A DNA stretch of 64,000 nucleotides from the IMG/VR virus record IMGVR_UViG_3300044700_000691, positions 62,001-126,000 of that record; one strand, written 5' to 3'. Positions 50,093 to 58,936 of the stretch are shown here, piece by piece (the first letter of the stretch is position 1; each line of letters starts with the position of its first letter). The notes beneath the pieces were generated by a model. It was not told where the DNA came from, did no database searches, and saw nothing but the letters and a program-made list of their open reading frames with translations. A program made the translations under genes and the position numbers.

Positions 50093-51115
50093 TTAAATGT
50101 TATAGATGGCGTTTGAAGCACCAGTTACAACAAGTCTTGATTGATTTGCTCCCCAACTTGCAGGAAGGTTTGCACTATTTTTAACTGTTCCAACATTCAT
50201 TAAGGTAACAGAAGATGTAAATAGGTTACTACTTAATCCAACTGCCCATTGTGAAGCTAGTGTAGTATGAGTTGAATCTAATCCAACTGCATCTTGGTCT
50301 AACACTGCAAAGTTTTGTCCAATTACTCTAATTTTATGAGTTGCTGAATTGGTTGTAGCAAAGGTTTCGTATACTCCACTTACATGTGTAACAGTTCCAC
50401 CAGATGTATAGGTGACAGCTCTTACCATAATTGTAAATTCTTGACCGCTTCGTACCGGAGAAGTGGCGTCATTTATAAGAACAATATCAATACCGTCTGT
50501 AATTGTACTCTGGAAAGCAGATCCGCTATAGAATGAGCTTGCATCAAGAGTTAATATAATTAATGATTTACTAGTTGCAGTTAGAGTAACTTCGGCTTTT
50601 GCTCGGTTTGCACCAGCTACCGCAACCAGGGTTTTGGTAACATCTTCTCGGCTATTAGAGAAACTTCCTGTGATATTTACGGATCCAACTAAATTGGACT
50701 GGCCGTTTGTTGTAATTGCACCAGTAAAGGTTGATGTACCAGAGATTGCTAGACCTGCTGATGAAATCGATGCATTTGCTACAAGTAGACCTGTTGTAAT
50801 TTTACCAACGGTTGCACTGTTAACTGTATCAGTTTCAAATTTAATTAAATCTGCAGTACCGTTTGCATTTTTAAAATACAACTGGCCATTTTGAATGGTT
50901 AGTACTTTAGTTTTTAACTCTGTTAATGGAGTTAAGGTTGTGTCCGGGTCAACTCCGATCTTTTTATCAGAAAGGTCGATTTTTAAGTTGTTAATTAGAT
51001 CTTCTACTTTACTCTTAAGCAATCCGGTATTGCTATTAGAGATAATACGCATATCTGATACATACGTAGTTTCTAGAATTTCTTGTGTTGATAGTGATAG
51101 TGCAACAAAAGCCAT
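50093..51115 (-). CDS. Hypothetical virion fibre-like protein (340 aa)
   Basis: First gene after a late promoter motif; beta-repeat-like segment ISGTSTFTGAITTNG. Confidence 0.6.
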   Translation of the reverse strand: MAFVALSLSTQEILETTYVSDMRIISNSNTGLLKSKVEDLINNLKIDLSDKKIGVDPDTTLTPLTELKTKVLTIQNGQLYFKNANGTADLIKFETDTVNSATVGKITTGLLVANASISSAGLAISGTSTFTGAITTNGQSNLVGSVNITGSFSNSREDVTKTLVAVAGANRAKAEVTLTATSKSLIILTLDASSFYSGSAFQSTITDGIDIVLINDATSPVRSGQEFTIMVRAVTYTSGGTVTHVSGVYETFATTNSATHKIRVIGQNFAVLDQDAVGLDSTHTTLASQWAVGLSSNLFTSSVTLMNVGTVKNSANLPASWGANQSRLVVTGASNAIYNI

Positions 51116-51136
51116 TTGTTTTATTCTATTTTTTGT

Positions 51137-51143
51137 TATTTAT
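51137..51143 (-). promoter_or_regulatory. Late promoter candidate ATAAATA
   Basis: Context GCTAATAAATAACAAAAA is nearly identical to the site at 57616. Confidence 0.7.
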
Positions 51144-51209
51144 TAGCAGAGTGTTAGCTTGCAAATAATAGCCGATTAGCCTTCTTGTACTAACAAAACA
51201 GAAACTGGC

Positions 51210-52034
51210 TTATATAGTACTTAAATTTATCTCTGTTCCATTATTTCTGTTAATAATAGTACCATCTGCTAAGATTTCGTAATCATCAAAATTAATATCA
51301 ATCATTTGGGCATCTGCTCGTAGAGAGTTTTTAGCTAAACTTGAAGTGATTGGTCTAGAGTTTAAACTACTTTCAATATAGTCAATATAGTCGTCTTTGG
51401 CCATTACTTTAACGAATCTTCTTTCTGGAAGAGGGTGTTCATTTCCCCAAAGATCAATAACGGTTCCGGATATTTCATATTCACCAACTTCGTCAAATCT
51501 CCAAATAAAAGTCCAGCCTGCTTCAACCTCTGCCATTGTAACCGGAGAAGAACCCGATGTAACATTGACAAGTTTCCATAACACTGTAGATTTTCCCATG
51601 ACTTCTCTTGCAGAGATAAACACTGGAAGATGTTTGGGAACAGTTAGACGATCTGTCGCAATTTTTAATTCAGAAATATCTAGTGAATTTTTAGTAAAAA
51701 ATGAAGGAATGAATCCTACCTGTTTTCCGTCTTTATATGAAATATACCCAAGATTTTTCCAATATTCTGGTTCATGCACCTTTCTAAGTACCTCAACACC
51801 ATTTTCAATAAACTTTCTTCCGTAAATCTGATCGTTAAGCGGGGCATACACCATAAGGTTTTCGACGTCAAACGCTGGTATAATTCCATACAATTTTAGT
51901 TGCTCAAGATTTGACATTTGCTCCTTAGAGTAGGTGTCAACCGGCTCATAATAAGAATACTTATTATTTGAACTAAATACAACATTGGCACTAGGTAAGC
52001 CAATTGCAGATATGTTAACGTAGGTGATTGGCAT
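51210..52034 (-). CDS. Hypothetical virion protein with a PKD/Ig-like segment
   Basis: WKLVN...FIWRFDEVGEYEISGTVIDLWGN. Confidence 0.55.
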   Translation of the reverse strand: MPITYVNISAIGLPSANVVFSSNNKYSYYEPVDTYSKEQMSNLEQLKLYGIIPAFDVENLMVYAPLNDQIYGRKFIENGVEVLRKVHEPEYWKNLGYISYKDGKQVGFIPSFFTKNSLDISELKIATDRLTVPKHLPVFISAREVMGKSTVLWKLVNVTSGSSPVTMAEVEAGWTFIWRFDEVGEYEISGTVIDLWGNEHPLPERRFVKVMAKDDYIDYIESSLNSRPITSSLAKNSLRADAQMIDINFDDYEILADGTIINRNNGTEINLSTI

Positions 52035-55000
52035 TAATTGTGGTTAATTTTTAATTTAGCAGATCTAACTCCAATTGAGTTTGGTTGAACTCTAATTTTT
52101 ACGTTATATGTATCGCTAGGGTTAATATCAATACTATTAATTGCGCTAACCTCAGTTTCAGTTTGACCAGATGTTAATACCAGTTTAAATTCATCTGAGT
52201 CTTGGTCTAGTGTTATTGTCTGTATTGCAAGTTTACTAGAGGAGCCTGTGTTTGTAATTGGTATAGTTAGGTCTCTGCTTGCGCCAACCTCAGTTGAATT
52301 AAAAACAATAGGGGCGTTAGCGGATCCGACGGTAAAACTTGGAGCAGCTACTAAGATTGATACATTGACTCTATTTGATGAGGTGCCGCTTGATCCAAGT
52401 ACTCTAAATGTAAACAGATCAGTTCCAGTATAGTCCTGGTTTGGAATATATCTAATTACGTAATTATTAAAGGTTACTGTTCCTTGGGTTGGGTTTGCTG
52501 TTATATTAAGTCCGTTAAATATTGACCCATTTAAATTAACAAAAGACAGTGTATTAATATCTACATATAGGTTTCTGCCTACGGTTTGTTGAGGCACCTG
52601 CGATAAAATTGGAGATGCAGCTTGTATAATAAGCGATCTGGTTGAAGATGTTGTTTGAATAACACCTGTACTATTGTTTGTTCCAGTTACAGTAATATCA
52701 TATGTGCCAGCGGCAACGGCAGTATATGTTATTGGATTATTATTTGTACCTGACCCTAAACTTGATGTAATAACATAATTATTAACATATTCAGAAGCAG
52801 CACTAAATGTGATATTTGAGCCGCTGCTGATTGGATTTGCAAATATCTGTAAATTTGCAAAATCTATAACTGGCATAGGAGGCAATACTGTTACTGGAAT
52901 CTGTTTAGTAAAACTATTTAGTAGCGAATAATTTTTAAATGGTGAATTATAGATCACGGTTAAGGTTGGTGTAACCTGTTGATTGTCATTGGCAATTACC
53001 CATGTTGCAGTAAATGATCTACTTACATTGTTTGGTATAAAGCTAGCCGAAAGTGTTGTGCCGCTTTGGCTAACAGCAACACTATATAGACCGTCTGTTG
53101 CAAATTCAGGAATCCACTCTGGTGAGTCCGGCTGGGTCGTAACTTGAACCATCGAAGCTATTCCTTGTCTTAATTGAGTATACGATAAATTTATATCGGA
53201 AACTGGGCGACCTATTACCAGCTCTCTATTTACGCTAAATTCAGATCCGTCTTGAAACAAACCAGACAAGACTATTCGATAATAACCAGGAACACTTGGC
53301 CTAAATGCAAGGGAGGTTAAATCTGCTGCATATTGATAATACGTCCACATTTCTGGAGCTTGAATTGATGCAAGGTCAGTTGTTCCGTTGACTATTGCAA
53401 ACGGTTTCCATATAGTATCACTTGGACTATATTTTCTTTCTACCGCCCAGGTTAGAGTAGTTAAATTAACCTGTTGTAGAGTAGTCGTTAACTGATATAC
53501 ACCAGGCCTCGGATCTTCGCTCGTAGGGTCAAACGTTGAAATATAAGATCGGTTTGAATTTGCAGCAGAATTTGTAATAAATCTATATGATTCAGCTGAT
53601 TCATTACTTTCAGATAAAGCAATTGTTGTTAACCCTAATTGGGCTAAATTAGTACCAGCTGCAATACCTGCTGTGTTGACCGATACTGCGGCTGAATATA
53701 AAAAGGTGAGCCCATCGTCTCTTTGAGCATAGGCTTTTGCATAATACTGAGTATTTGCAGTAAGGCCGGCCAATTGACTGATTAAGGCAGCTGGACTAAT
53801 ATTTGGTGCAAGAACGCCTGTTTCGACTTTAACTACACCAGCCGCGCCATCTACTAAATTGGTAGAGTTACCCAGTTTAAATAAAAGACCATATCTAGTG
53901 TAGATATCGCCGGAACTATTAGTAAATGTTGAGCTTAGGGTAGCGCCGGTTTGAGTTAGGTTACTTATAATTGGAGTTGATATATTACTATTATTACTAA
54001 GGGTAGTAAATGTCGTAATTTGAGATGTACCATTTCCAGTTGAGTTAGTTGCGACTGCATCCACTGTATATTGAGTAAGCGGAGTTAATCCAGTAAACTG
54101 CACAGAAATTCCAAGATTAAAGCTTGTTATGGCTATACTTGATACTAAAACTGAATTTTGATATAGCCTAAATCTTACTGCTGTTACATCACTGCCGCCG
54201 TTATTTGAAATTGTTGTGGTTACAGTTGCAGTACTTGCAGTTATTGCACTAACCGTTGGTGTAGTTAAGGTAGCAACCGTTCCGGTTGATGTCGGCGTAC
54301 ATGCTGTATATTCAATCGTTGCACCACATGGAGTGCCTGTTCCAGACGCTGGTGTTATTACATATCGCGTTTGAAATCTTTGATATGATCCGTTTCTTAG
54401 TTGGCATGGAGAAAATGCGCCAGCCACCCAAGTTTCTTGAGTTGCACCATAACCCCAATTACTTAGCACACAATTTACTGGCGTCGAAGCTGGCGCACAT
54501 GCTGAATCGCTAGTACAGGTTGAGGTGCCGCCGGCTACTATAATTCCATATGATCCTGGGTCAAATATAGGTTCACCGTATAATAATATAGTTGGTGTAG
54601 TTGATGAACACATATATAGTGTTCTGACATTGCCTGAAGTCGTGTAAATTGACCAGTTTGATGCAAATACTTGAGAAGTGAATTGGTCGCCGACTGGAGT
54701 ATACCGAAATTCTACATCCGATAGTGAATTATCCACTGTGTTAATTGCAATTGAATAACACATTGACTCGGGTTGATTGCCAATATATCCAGGAGAACAA
54801 TCATCATCCGCTGTACATGGAGAAGAACCTCCAGTTAAGGTCATGCCGTATTCTGAGAAATTTGAAATTTGACCAGATACTAAAAGAACTGGTTCACTTT
54901 GTCCAGATGCACAAAAATAATAGGTATTTCCTTCTGGGCCCATTGATGCTTCCATATACATTTGGTCCAATTGAATAGAAATTGGTTGTGGTTCTCCAGG

Positions 55001-55081
55001 TTGAGTATACACTAAAGTTTTTCCAAATCTTTCAACTGAATCTGGTATAGTTAATTGATAACAAAAAGCGAATACTGACAT
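52034..55081 (-). CDS. Multi-domain adhesin-like virion protein: two Cys-rich repeats, TSP1-like domain, FN3 domains and Ig-like domains
   Basis: Two C..GG.S.CT.D..C repeats. TSR-like VNCVLSNW..SPC..QTRYVITPASGTGTPC..C. FN3-like TGLTPLTQYTVDAVATNSTG and AGLTANTQYYAKAYA. Big_9-like YIPNQDYTGTDLFTFRV. Confidence 0.7.
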   Translation of the reverse strand: MSVFAFCYQLTIPDSVERFGKTLVYTQPGEPQPISIQLDQMYMEASMGPEGNTYYFCASGQSEPVLLVSGQISNFSEYGMTLTGGSSPCTADDDCSPGYIGNQPESMCYSIAINTVDNSLSDVEFRYTPVGDQFTSQVFASNWSIYTTSGNVRTLYMCSSTTPTILLYGEPIFDPGSYGIIVAGGTSTCTSDSACAPASTPVNCVLSNWGYGATQETWVAGAFSPCQLRNGSYQRFQTRYVITPASGTGTPCGATIEYTACTPTSTGTVATLTTPTVSAITASTATVTTTISNNGGSDVTAVRFRLYQNSVLVSSIAITSFNLGISVQFTGLTPLTQYTVDAVATNSTGNGTSQITTFTTLSNNSNISTPIISNLTQTGATLSSTFTNSSGDIYTRYGLLFKLGNSTNLVDGAAGVVKVETGVLAPNISPAALISQLAGLTANTQYYAKAYAQRDDGLTFLYSAAVSVNTAGIAAGTNLAQLGLTTIALSESNESAESYRFITNSAANSNRSYISTFDPTSEDPRPGVYQLTTTLQQVNLTTLTWAVERKYSPSDTIWKPFAIVNGTTDLASIQAPEMWTYYQYAADLTSLAFRPSVPGYYRIVLSGLFQDGSEFSVNRELVIGRPVSDINLSYTQLRQGIASMVQVTTQPDSPEWIPEFATDGLYSVAVSQSGTTLSASFIPNNVSRSFTATWVIANDNQQVTPTLTVIYNSPFKNYSLLNSFTKQIPVTVLPPMPVIDFANLQIFANPISSGSNITFSAASEYVNNYVITSSLGSGTNNNPITYTAVAAGTYDITVTGTNNSTGVIQTTSSTRSLIIQAASPILSQVPQQTVGRNLYVDINTLSFVNLNGSIFNGLNITANPTQGTVTFNNYVIRYIPNQDYTGTDLFTFRVLGSSGTSSNRVNVSILVAAPSFTVGSANAPIVFNSTEVGASRDLTIPITNTGSSSKLAIQTITLDQDSDEFKLVLTSGQTETEVSAINSIDINPSDTYNVKIRVQPNSIGVRSAKLKINHN

Positions 55082-55082
55082 A

Positions 55083-57599
55083 TTATAGTTGAGTTACTTT
55101 TACGGTAAAATTATTTGTATTTGAACTTTCTTTTGCGGTTGCATATACTTGATTATTTACCGCACGATATCTAAATTTAGAAATTGCACTATGCGTTGAA
55201 ATATTTAATTGATCAACTAAATTGGTAACGCTAATATAGCTAGGCACCGTATATGGATCATGTAGACCCAATCTAATTTTGTAACCTATTGTCGGAGCCG
55301 CAATTGAAAATCCTTGTAAAAAATCAGATTGATAAGATAATTGATAGAATTTTGTATGAAATAGGTCTCCAATTTTAGCATCAGCCAGATCACTCATTCT
55401 AGGTTTTAGCGAGTTGTCGCCTACTCCCCAACTATAAGAGTAATCTGAAGTTAAGGTAGAGTCGCCCAATTCTTTGTATTGACCAGTTAATTTATCCTTT
55501 ATTTTGGCACTAGTTGGTGAAGTATTATTACTAAAATTTGCGGAATAGTATGCCCAATCAAAAAGTTCCTTTTCTAAATCGATTGCCCCTATTTTTTGTG
55601 TAAATGACGCAATTGTTACGTTTGGGTTAAACATATAACTGCCTCCCATATCTCCAACTGTAACATTGGTTAAATCTTTAAATTGATATGAAAATTTATC
55701 AGAAGTTCTGGTAAATCCAATAGTTGATGCTATTGTTGGTTTTACGGTAAACTTAATAAAGTCTACTGAAATACCTGCAAATTGGTCATACACTCTTAAT
55801 TCAATTAAGTAGTCTCCAACATAGGGTAAAAAGTGAACAATTTGATTAAAATCATAGATTGATCCACGGAAACTCCACTTATATGGGTTAGGTGCATTTT
55901 TGGTAATAATCCACTCAGCATCAACTAAATTTAAATATGTTATAATATCTCTAACCTTAGCTCCTTCTGTTTCTAAGTCTGCAAATGTGATTCCGTCATA
56001 GTCCATTATTTTATATTTAGGCAGGTTTGCTGTTAATATAATTGGACATGCAAGTTGTTCTTTAACGTTAACTTCTCCATTTGACCAGTAATAGGCCCTA
56101 CCGTGTTTTTTCCACTCTTCGGTTTGTACTTGATTATAGAAAACCTCAACCGCACTAATTAATGCTAATTGTTGAGTTGCTGAATAGTGTTGTTGGTTAT
56201 CGTATGGATTAGCAATTGCAGAAAATACTCCACTTTTATTTTTACCAGTGTTAAACGAATATTTAGGAAAGCCTGTTAAAATTTTAGTTGGATCAGTTGA
56301 ATCAGCTTCAGCTGAATAAAATATTGGTCGAATATCTCTAATATAAGGAACCGCAATGGTTGAACCTGGAAAATCAACCGCTGCTTTAATTTTAGTATTA
56401 ATATCAATACTTCTTGATTGTACGTCGTCTGACCAATATCTAATATTGAATTTTTCAAAAAATATAAACTCGCCAATAATATCTCGAACTACTACATGAA
56501 TAGGTAAAATTTCGCGTTTTACCTTTTTGGCAAGGCCGTCTAATTTATAGAAAATTTCAGCTGGGGTAAAGTCAGTGGTTTCAATTACTTCTGGTAAGCC
56601 ATCTTCATCGTAATTATCTGTGGCTTTAGTAAACTGATAGCATAGGGCAATAAATGAGGTCTTTTTAAATTGACCCGAATCTAAAACCGCACCACCGGTT
56701 GAAACATATACCATGTCATCGATTTTGCCGTCATCTAAAAAGTCTGTTATGTTAACTAGCGCAAATTGGTTTAGTGCAGCAGACGAATTATTGGTGTTTT
56801 GCCAAAATTCCTTAACGTCTAGTGTATCTTTATAACCAAATAGGTTTATAAAATTGCTTAAGCCTTTGTAGGTTCCAACATATGGAAAAACCTGATCCCT
56901 ATTTACAAGAAGCTGTTTTCTGGCTTGGTCGATTTGAGTCCAATCTGGTAGGGCCTCTTTAATATCATAATCCTTTAGTAATTGGGCGTCGTCTTTATGG
57001 AAAGATATTCCAAAATTTTCTAGCCACATTCTATATCTAGAGTCCTCGTCTTCGCCCTCACCATAATAGTCAAGTTCTAGGATTTTAGTTCGGCTTAAAA
57101 CCGATCCACTAGAAAGCGTTTCATGGTAGGCTATTAGTTTTCTCTGGTAAATCGATTCTTCAATTGGAGAAAAAGCAACGTTAATTTGTAGGGGTAAATT
57201 TATATCAAGTTGAGAAGAAGATCCATTTGAATAATCCGAATGATTAATAATAACCTGGTTAACCTTTTCAATATAAGGAGTATCTACATTACTGTTGCCG
57301 GTTATATCCTGTTTAACTAAATATAAAAAGAATGCCTCGTCGGTTGAGTCAGCTGTTTCCCATTTAACAACAATTCTTTCATTTTGAGAAAGTTTAGGAA
57401 ATTTATAACTGTTAGAGTCCTTTTCTACTAAAAAAATCTGGCGGCTGTCATATAATCCAACTGAAACTGAATTAATGTATTCTCGGCCGTACCACCAAGA
57501 GATAGTATCAGAAGAACCTGTCTCCTGGTTGAACTTAGTTGTTTGAAGGTTATAGTTTTCACCAAACTTATCAAAAAATATGAGATTAGTCAGTTGCAT
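55083..57599 (-). CDS. Large virion/baseplate-associated protein
   Basis: Intact ORF, first after a late promoter motif; YVGTYKGLSNFINLFGY resembles baseplate wedge/tail-sheath-initiator segments. ATG at 57599 preferred over the TTG at 57602. Confidence 0.55.
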   Translation of the reverse strand: MQLTNLIFFDKFGENYNLQTTKFNQETGSSDTISWWYGREYINSVSVGLYDSRQIFLVEKDSNSYKFPKLSQNERIVVKWETADSTDEAFFLYLVKQDITGNSNVDTPYIEKVNQVIINHSDYSNGSSSQLDINLPLQINVAFSPIEESIYQRKLIAYHETLSSGSVLSRTKILELDYYGEGEDEDSRYRMWLENFGISFHKDDAQLLKDYDIKEALPDWTQIDQARKQLLVNRDQVFPYVGTYKGLSNFINLFGYKDTLDVKEFWQNTNNSSAALNQFALVNITDFLDDGKIDDMVYVSTGGAVLDSGQFKKTSFIALCYQFTKATDNYDEDGLPEVIETTDFTPAEIFYKLDGLAKKVKREILPIHVVVRDIIGEFIFFEKFNIRYWSDDVQSRSIDINTKIKAAVDFPGSTIAVPYIRDIRPIFYSAEADSTDPTKILTGFPKYSFNTGKNKSGVFSAIANPYDNQQHYSATQQLALISAVEVFYNQVQTEEWKKHGRAYYWSNGEVNVKEQLACPIILTANLPKYKIMDYDGITFADLETEGAKVRDIITYLNLVDAEWIITKNAPNPYKWSFRGSIYDFNQIVHFLPYVGDYLIELRVYDQFAGISVDFIKFTVKPTIASTIGFTRTSDKFSYQFKDLTNVTVGDMGGSYMFNPNVTIASFTQKIGAIDLEKELFDWAYYSANFSNNTSPTSAKIKDKLTGQYKELGDSTLTSDYSYSWGVGDNSLKPRMSDLADAKIGDLFHTKFYQLSYQSDFLQGFSIAAPTIGYKIRLGLHDPYTVPSYISVTNLVDQLNISTHSAISKFRYRAVNNQVYATAKESSNTNNFTVKVTQL

Positions 57600-57615
57600 C
57601 AACTTGGCTTTTTGT

Positions 57616-57622
57616 TATTTAT
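57616..57622 (-). promoter_or_regulatory. Late promoter candidate ATAAATA
   Basis: Intergenic, upstream of 57599. Confidence 0.7.
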
Positions 57623-57640
57623 TAGCCAGGAAATGGCAAG

Positions 57641-58060
57641 TTAGATCGTGTAGATTTCGCTCTCGCCAGAGTGGCTTAGTGAAATCGTAATTATCTTTTC
57701 GCCTTTTCCAATATGCTTATAGATCTTTTTATATTCTTTAGCATATCCGTTTTTTGAGATTTGTGTAAAGTAGGCAAATGCATTATTTGATTTCTCTTCA
57801 TTAAAGTTTCGCCAGTATCGCAAAAGGTCCAATTGCGCGGATTGAATACAGTCCTCGCGGTCTAGCGGATTTTTAAATACTAGTTTTTGGATAGCACGGT
57901 TTGACAACAGGATAAAATATTCAATTGCTTTTGGAGAAAGCTCCCCCTTTGTGTGCTGGTAGCCAGTTTCTTCATTTAAGTACCCGTGTTTGCATCGGAT
58001 AATTTCGTTAGTAAAGTCTCTATTATTAATATAGAACTTTGGGTCTTTAATTCTTGCCAT
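57641..58060 (-). CDS. Late-transcription sigma factor, T4 gp55-like
   Basis: YINNRDF, REDCIQSA...YWRNFNEEKSNNAFAYFTQI are hallmark gp55 motifs. Confidence 0.85.
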   Translation of the reverse strand: MARIKDPKFYINNRDFTNEIIRCKHGYLNEETGYQHTKGELSPKAIEYFILLSNRAIQKLVFKNPLDREDCIQSAQLDLLRYWRNFNEEKSNNAFAYFTQISKNGYAKEYKKIYKHIGKGEKIITISLSHSGESEIYTI

Positions 58061-58722
58061 TACGTTAGTGCTTGGTAAATTTTTAATACGCTTAAATACG
58101 AATCAACTAGATCGGGAAATGGTGATTTAATCTCAGATGATGTGACTAGTTCTGTTCTATATTTATTTAAGCATTTAGCTAAAGCTGAGTCTCTGGCTGC
58201 ATCTATTTTGGGGTCTTCGATAAATTGATTAAATACATCAAATTTATTAGCATTACCCTTTGCTCCTATTGCATTCTTTAGTTCCGAAGGTGAAAATATA
58301 AAAAGTCCAGATAAATTCTTATCTAAAAGGCGGTCTGCTATAGTTTTCTTTAAGATTCCAGTAGTTTGAACAATATCGACTAAAGAATTACCCTTAGCGC
58401 CATATGCAAAACCTTCAATTCCTACAATAATAGGCTTTTGTATAACTTTAGTTAAAACCGTATCAATTAAAGTATTGACTAATATAATCTGATTTTGTAA
58501 TTTCTTACGTTCAGTGTCTGAATAGCTTGCTCCTTTATTATTCTTTTCTCCTAAATTAACAATATGGATATCTGGAAACTCTAGGTTAATACCTTCTAAG
58601 AAGTGAAGATATGATTTACTTAATTTGGTGTTTGTGACAGCAACCCATTTAAAAGTCTTGAAGTCATGACTGATACAAGCAGCTGGGAAGTTAATAGAGA
58701 AGTCAAATCCTATAATAGTCAC
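58060..58722 (-). CDS. RuvC-like Holliday junction resolvase (GTG start)
   Basis: IIGFDFS, IEGFAYG, PSELK...KGNANK and DLVDS give the RuvC-type catalytic pattern. Confidence 0.75.
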   Translation of the reverse strand: MTIIGFDFSINFPAACISHDFKTFKWVAVTNTKLSKSYLHFLEGINLEFPDIHIVNLGEKNNKGASYSDTERKKLQNQIILVNTLIDTVLTKVIQKPIIVGIEGFAYGAKGNSLVDIVQTTGILKKTIADRLLDKNLSGLFIFSPSELKNAIGAKGNANKFDVFNQFIEDPKIDAARDSALAKCLNKYRTELVTSSEIKSPFPDLVDSYLSVLKIYQALT

Positions 58723-58743
58723 ATACTTAGGTAATTTGCTATA

Positions 58744-58770
58744 CTTTACTGAAAAATTTATAAAAGGTTT
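58744..58770 (-). promoter_or_regulatory. Candidate early/middle promoter AAACC-N15-AGTAAAG for the RuvC-like/gp55-like operon
   Basis: Same bipartite motif as at 5228-5254 and 59644-59669. Confidence 0.4.
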
Positions 58771-58821
58771 CTAAAACCTTATTCCAAATCACTATAAAAT
58801 AAGGGAAAGGTTTGGGAGGGT

Positions 58822-58891
58822 GTCAGACTGATACTTAGTGACTCTATTCTCTTTATTTTTAAAAATAAAGAATTAAGAGTCTCAATCTGAC
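58822..58891. repeat. 70-nt imperfect inverted repeat with a 22-bp perfect palindromic core (58850-58871)
   Basis: GTCAGACTGA/TCAATCTGAC, GACTCT/AGAGTC and TCTTTATTTTT/AAAAATAAAGA arms. Confidence 0.8.
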
Positions 58892-58936
58892 CAAAACTTA
58901 AGAATCTTTAGTATATTGTTTTTAAATTATTAAGCA

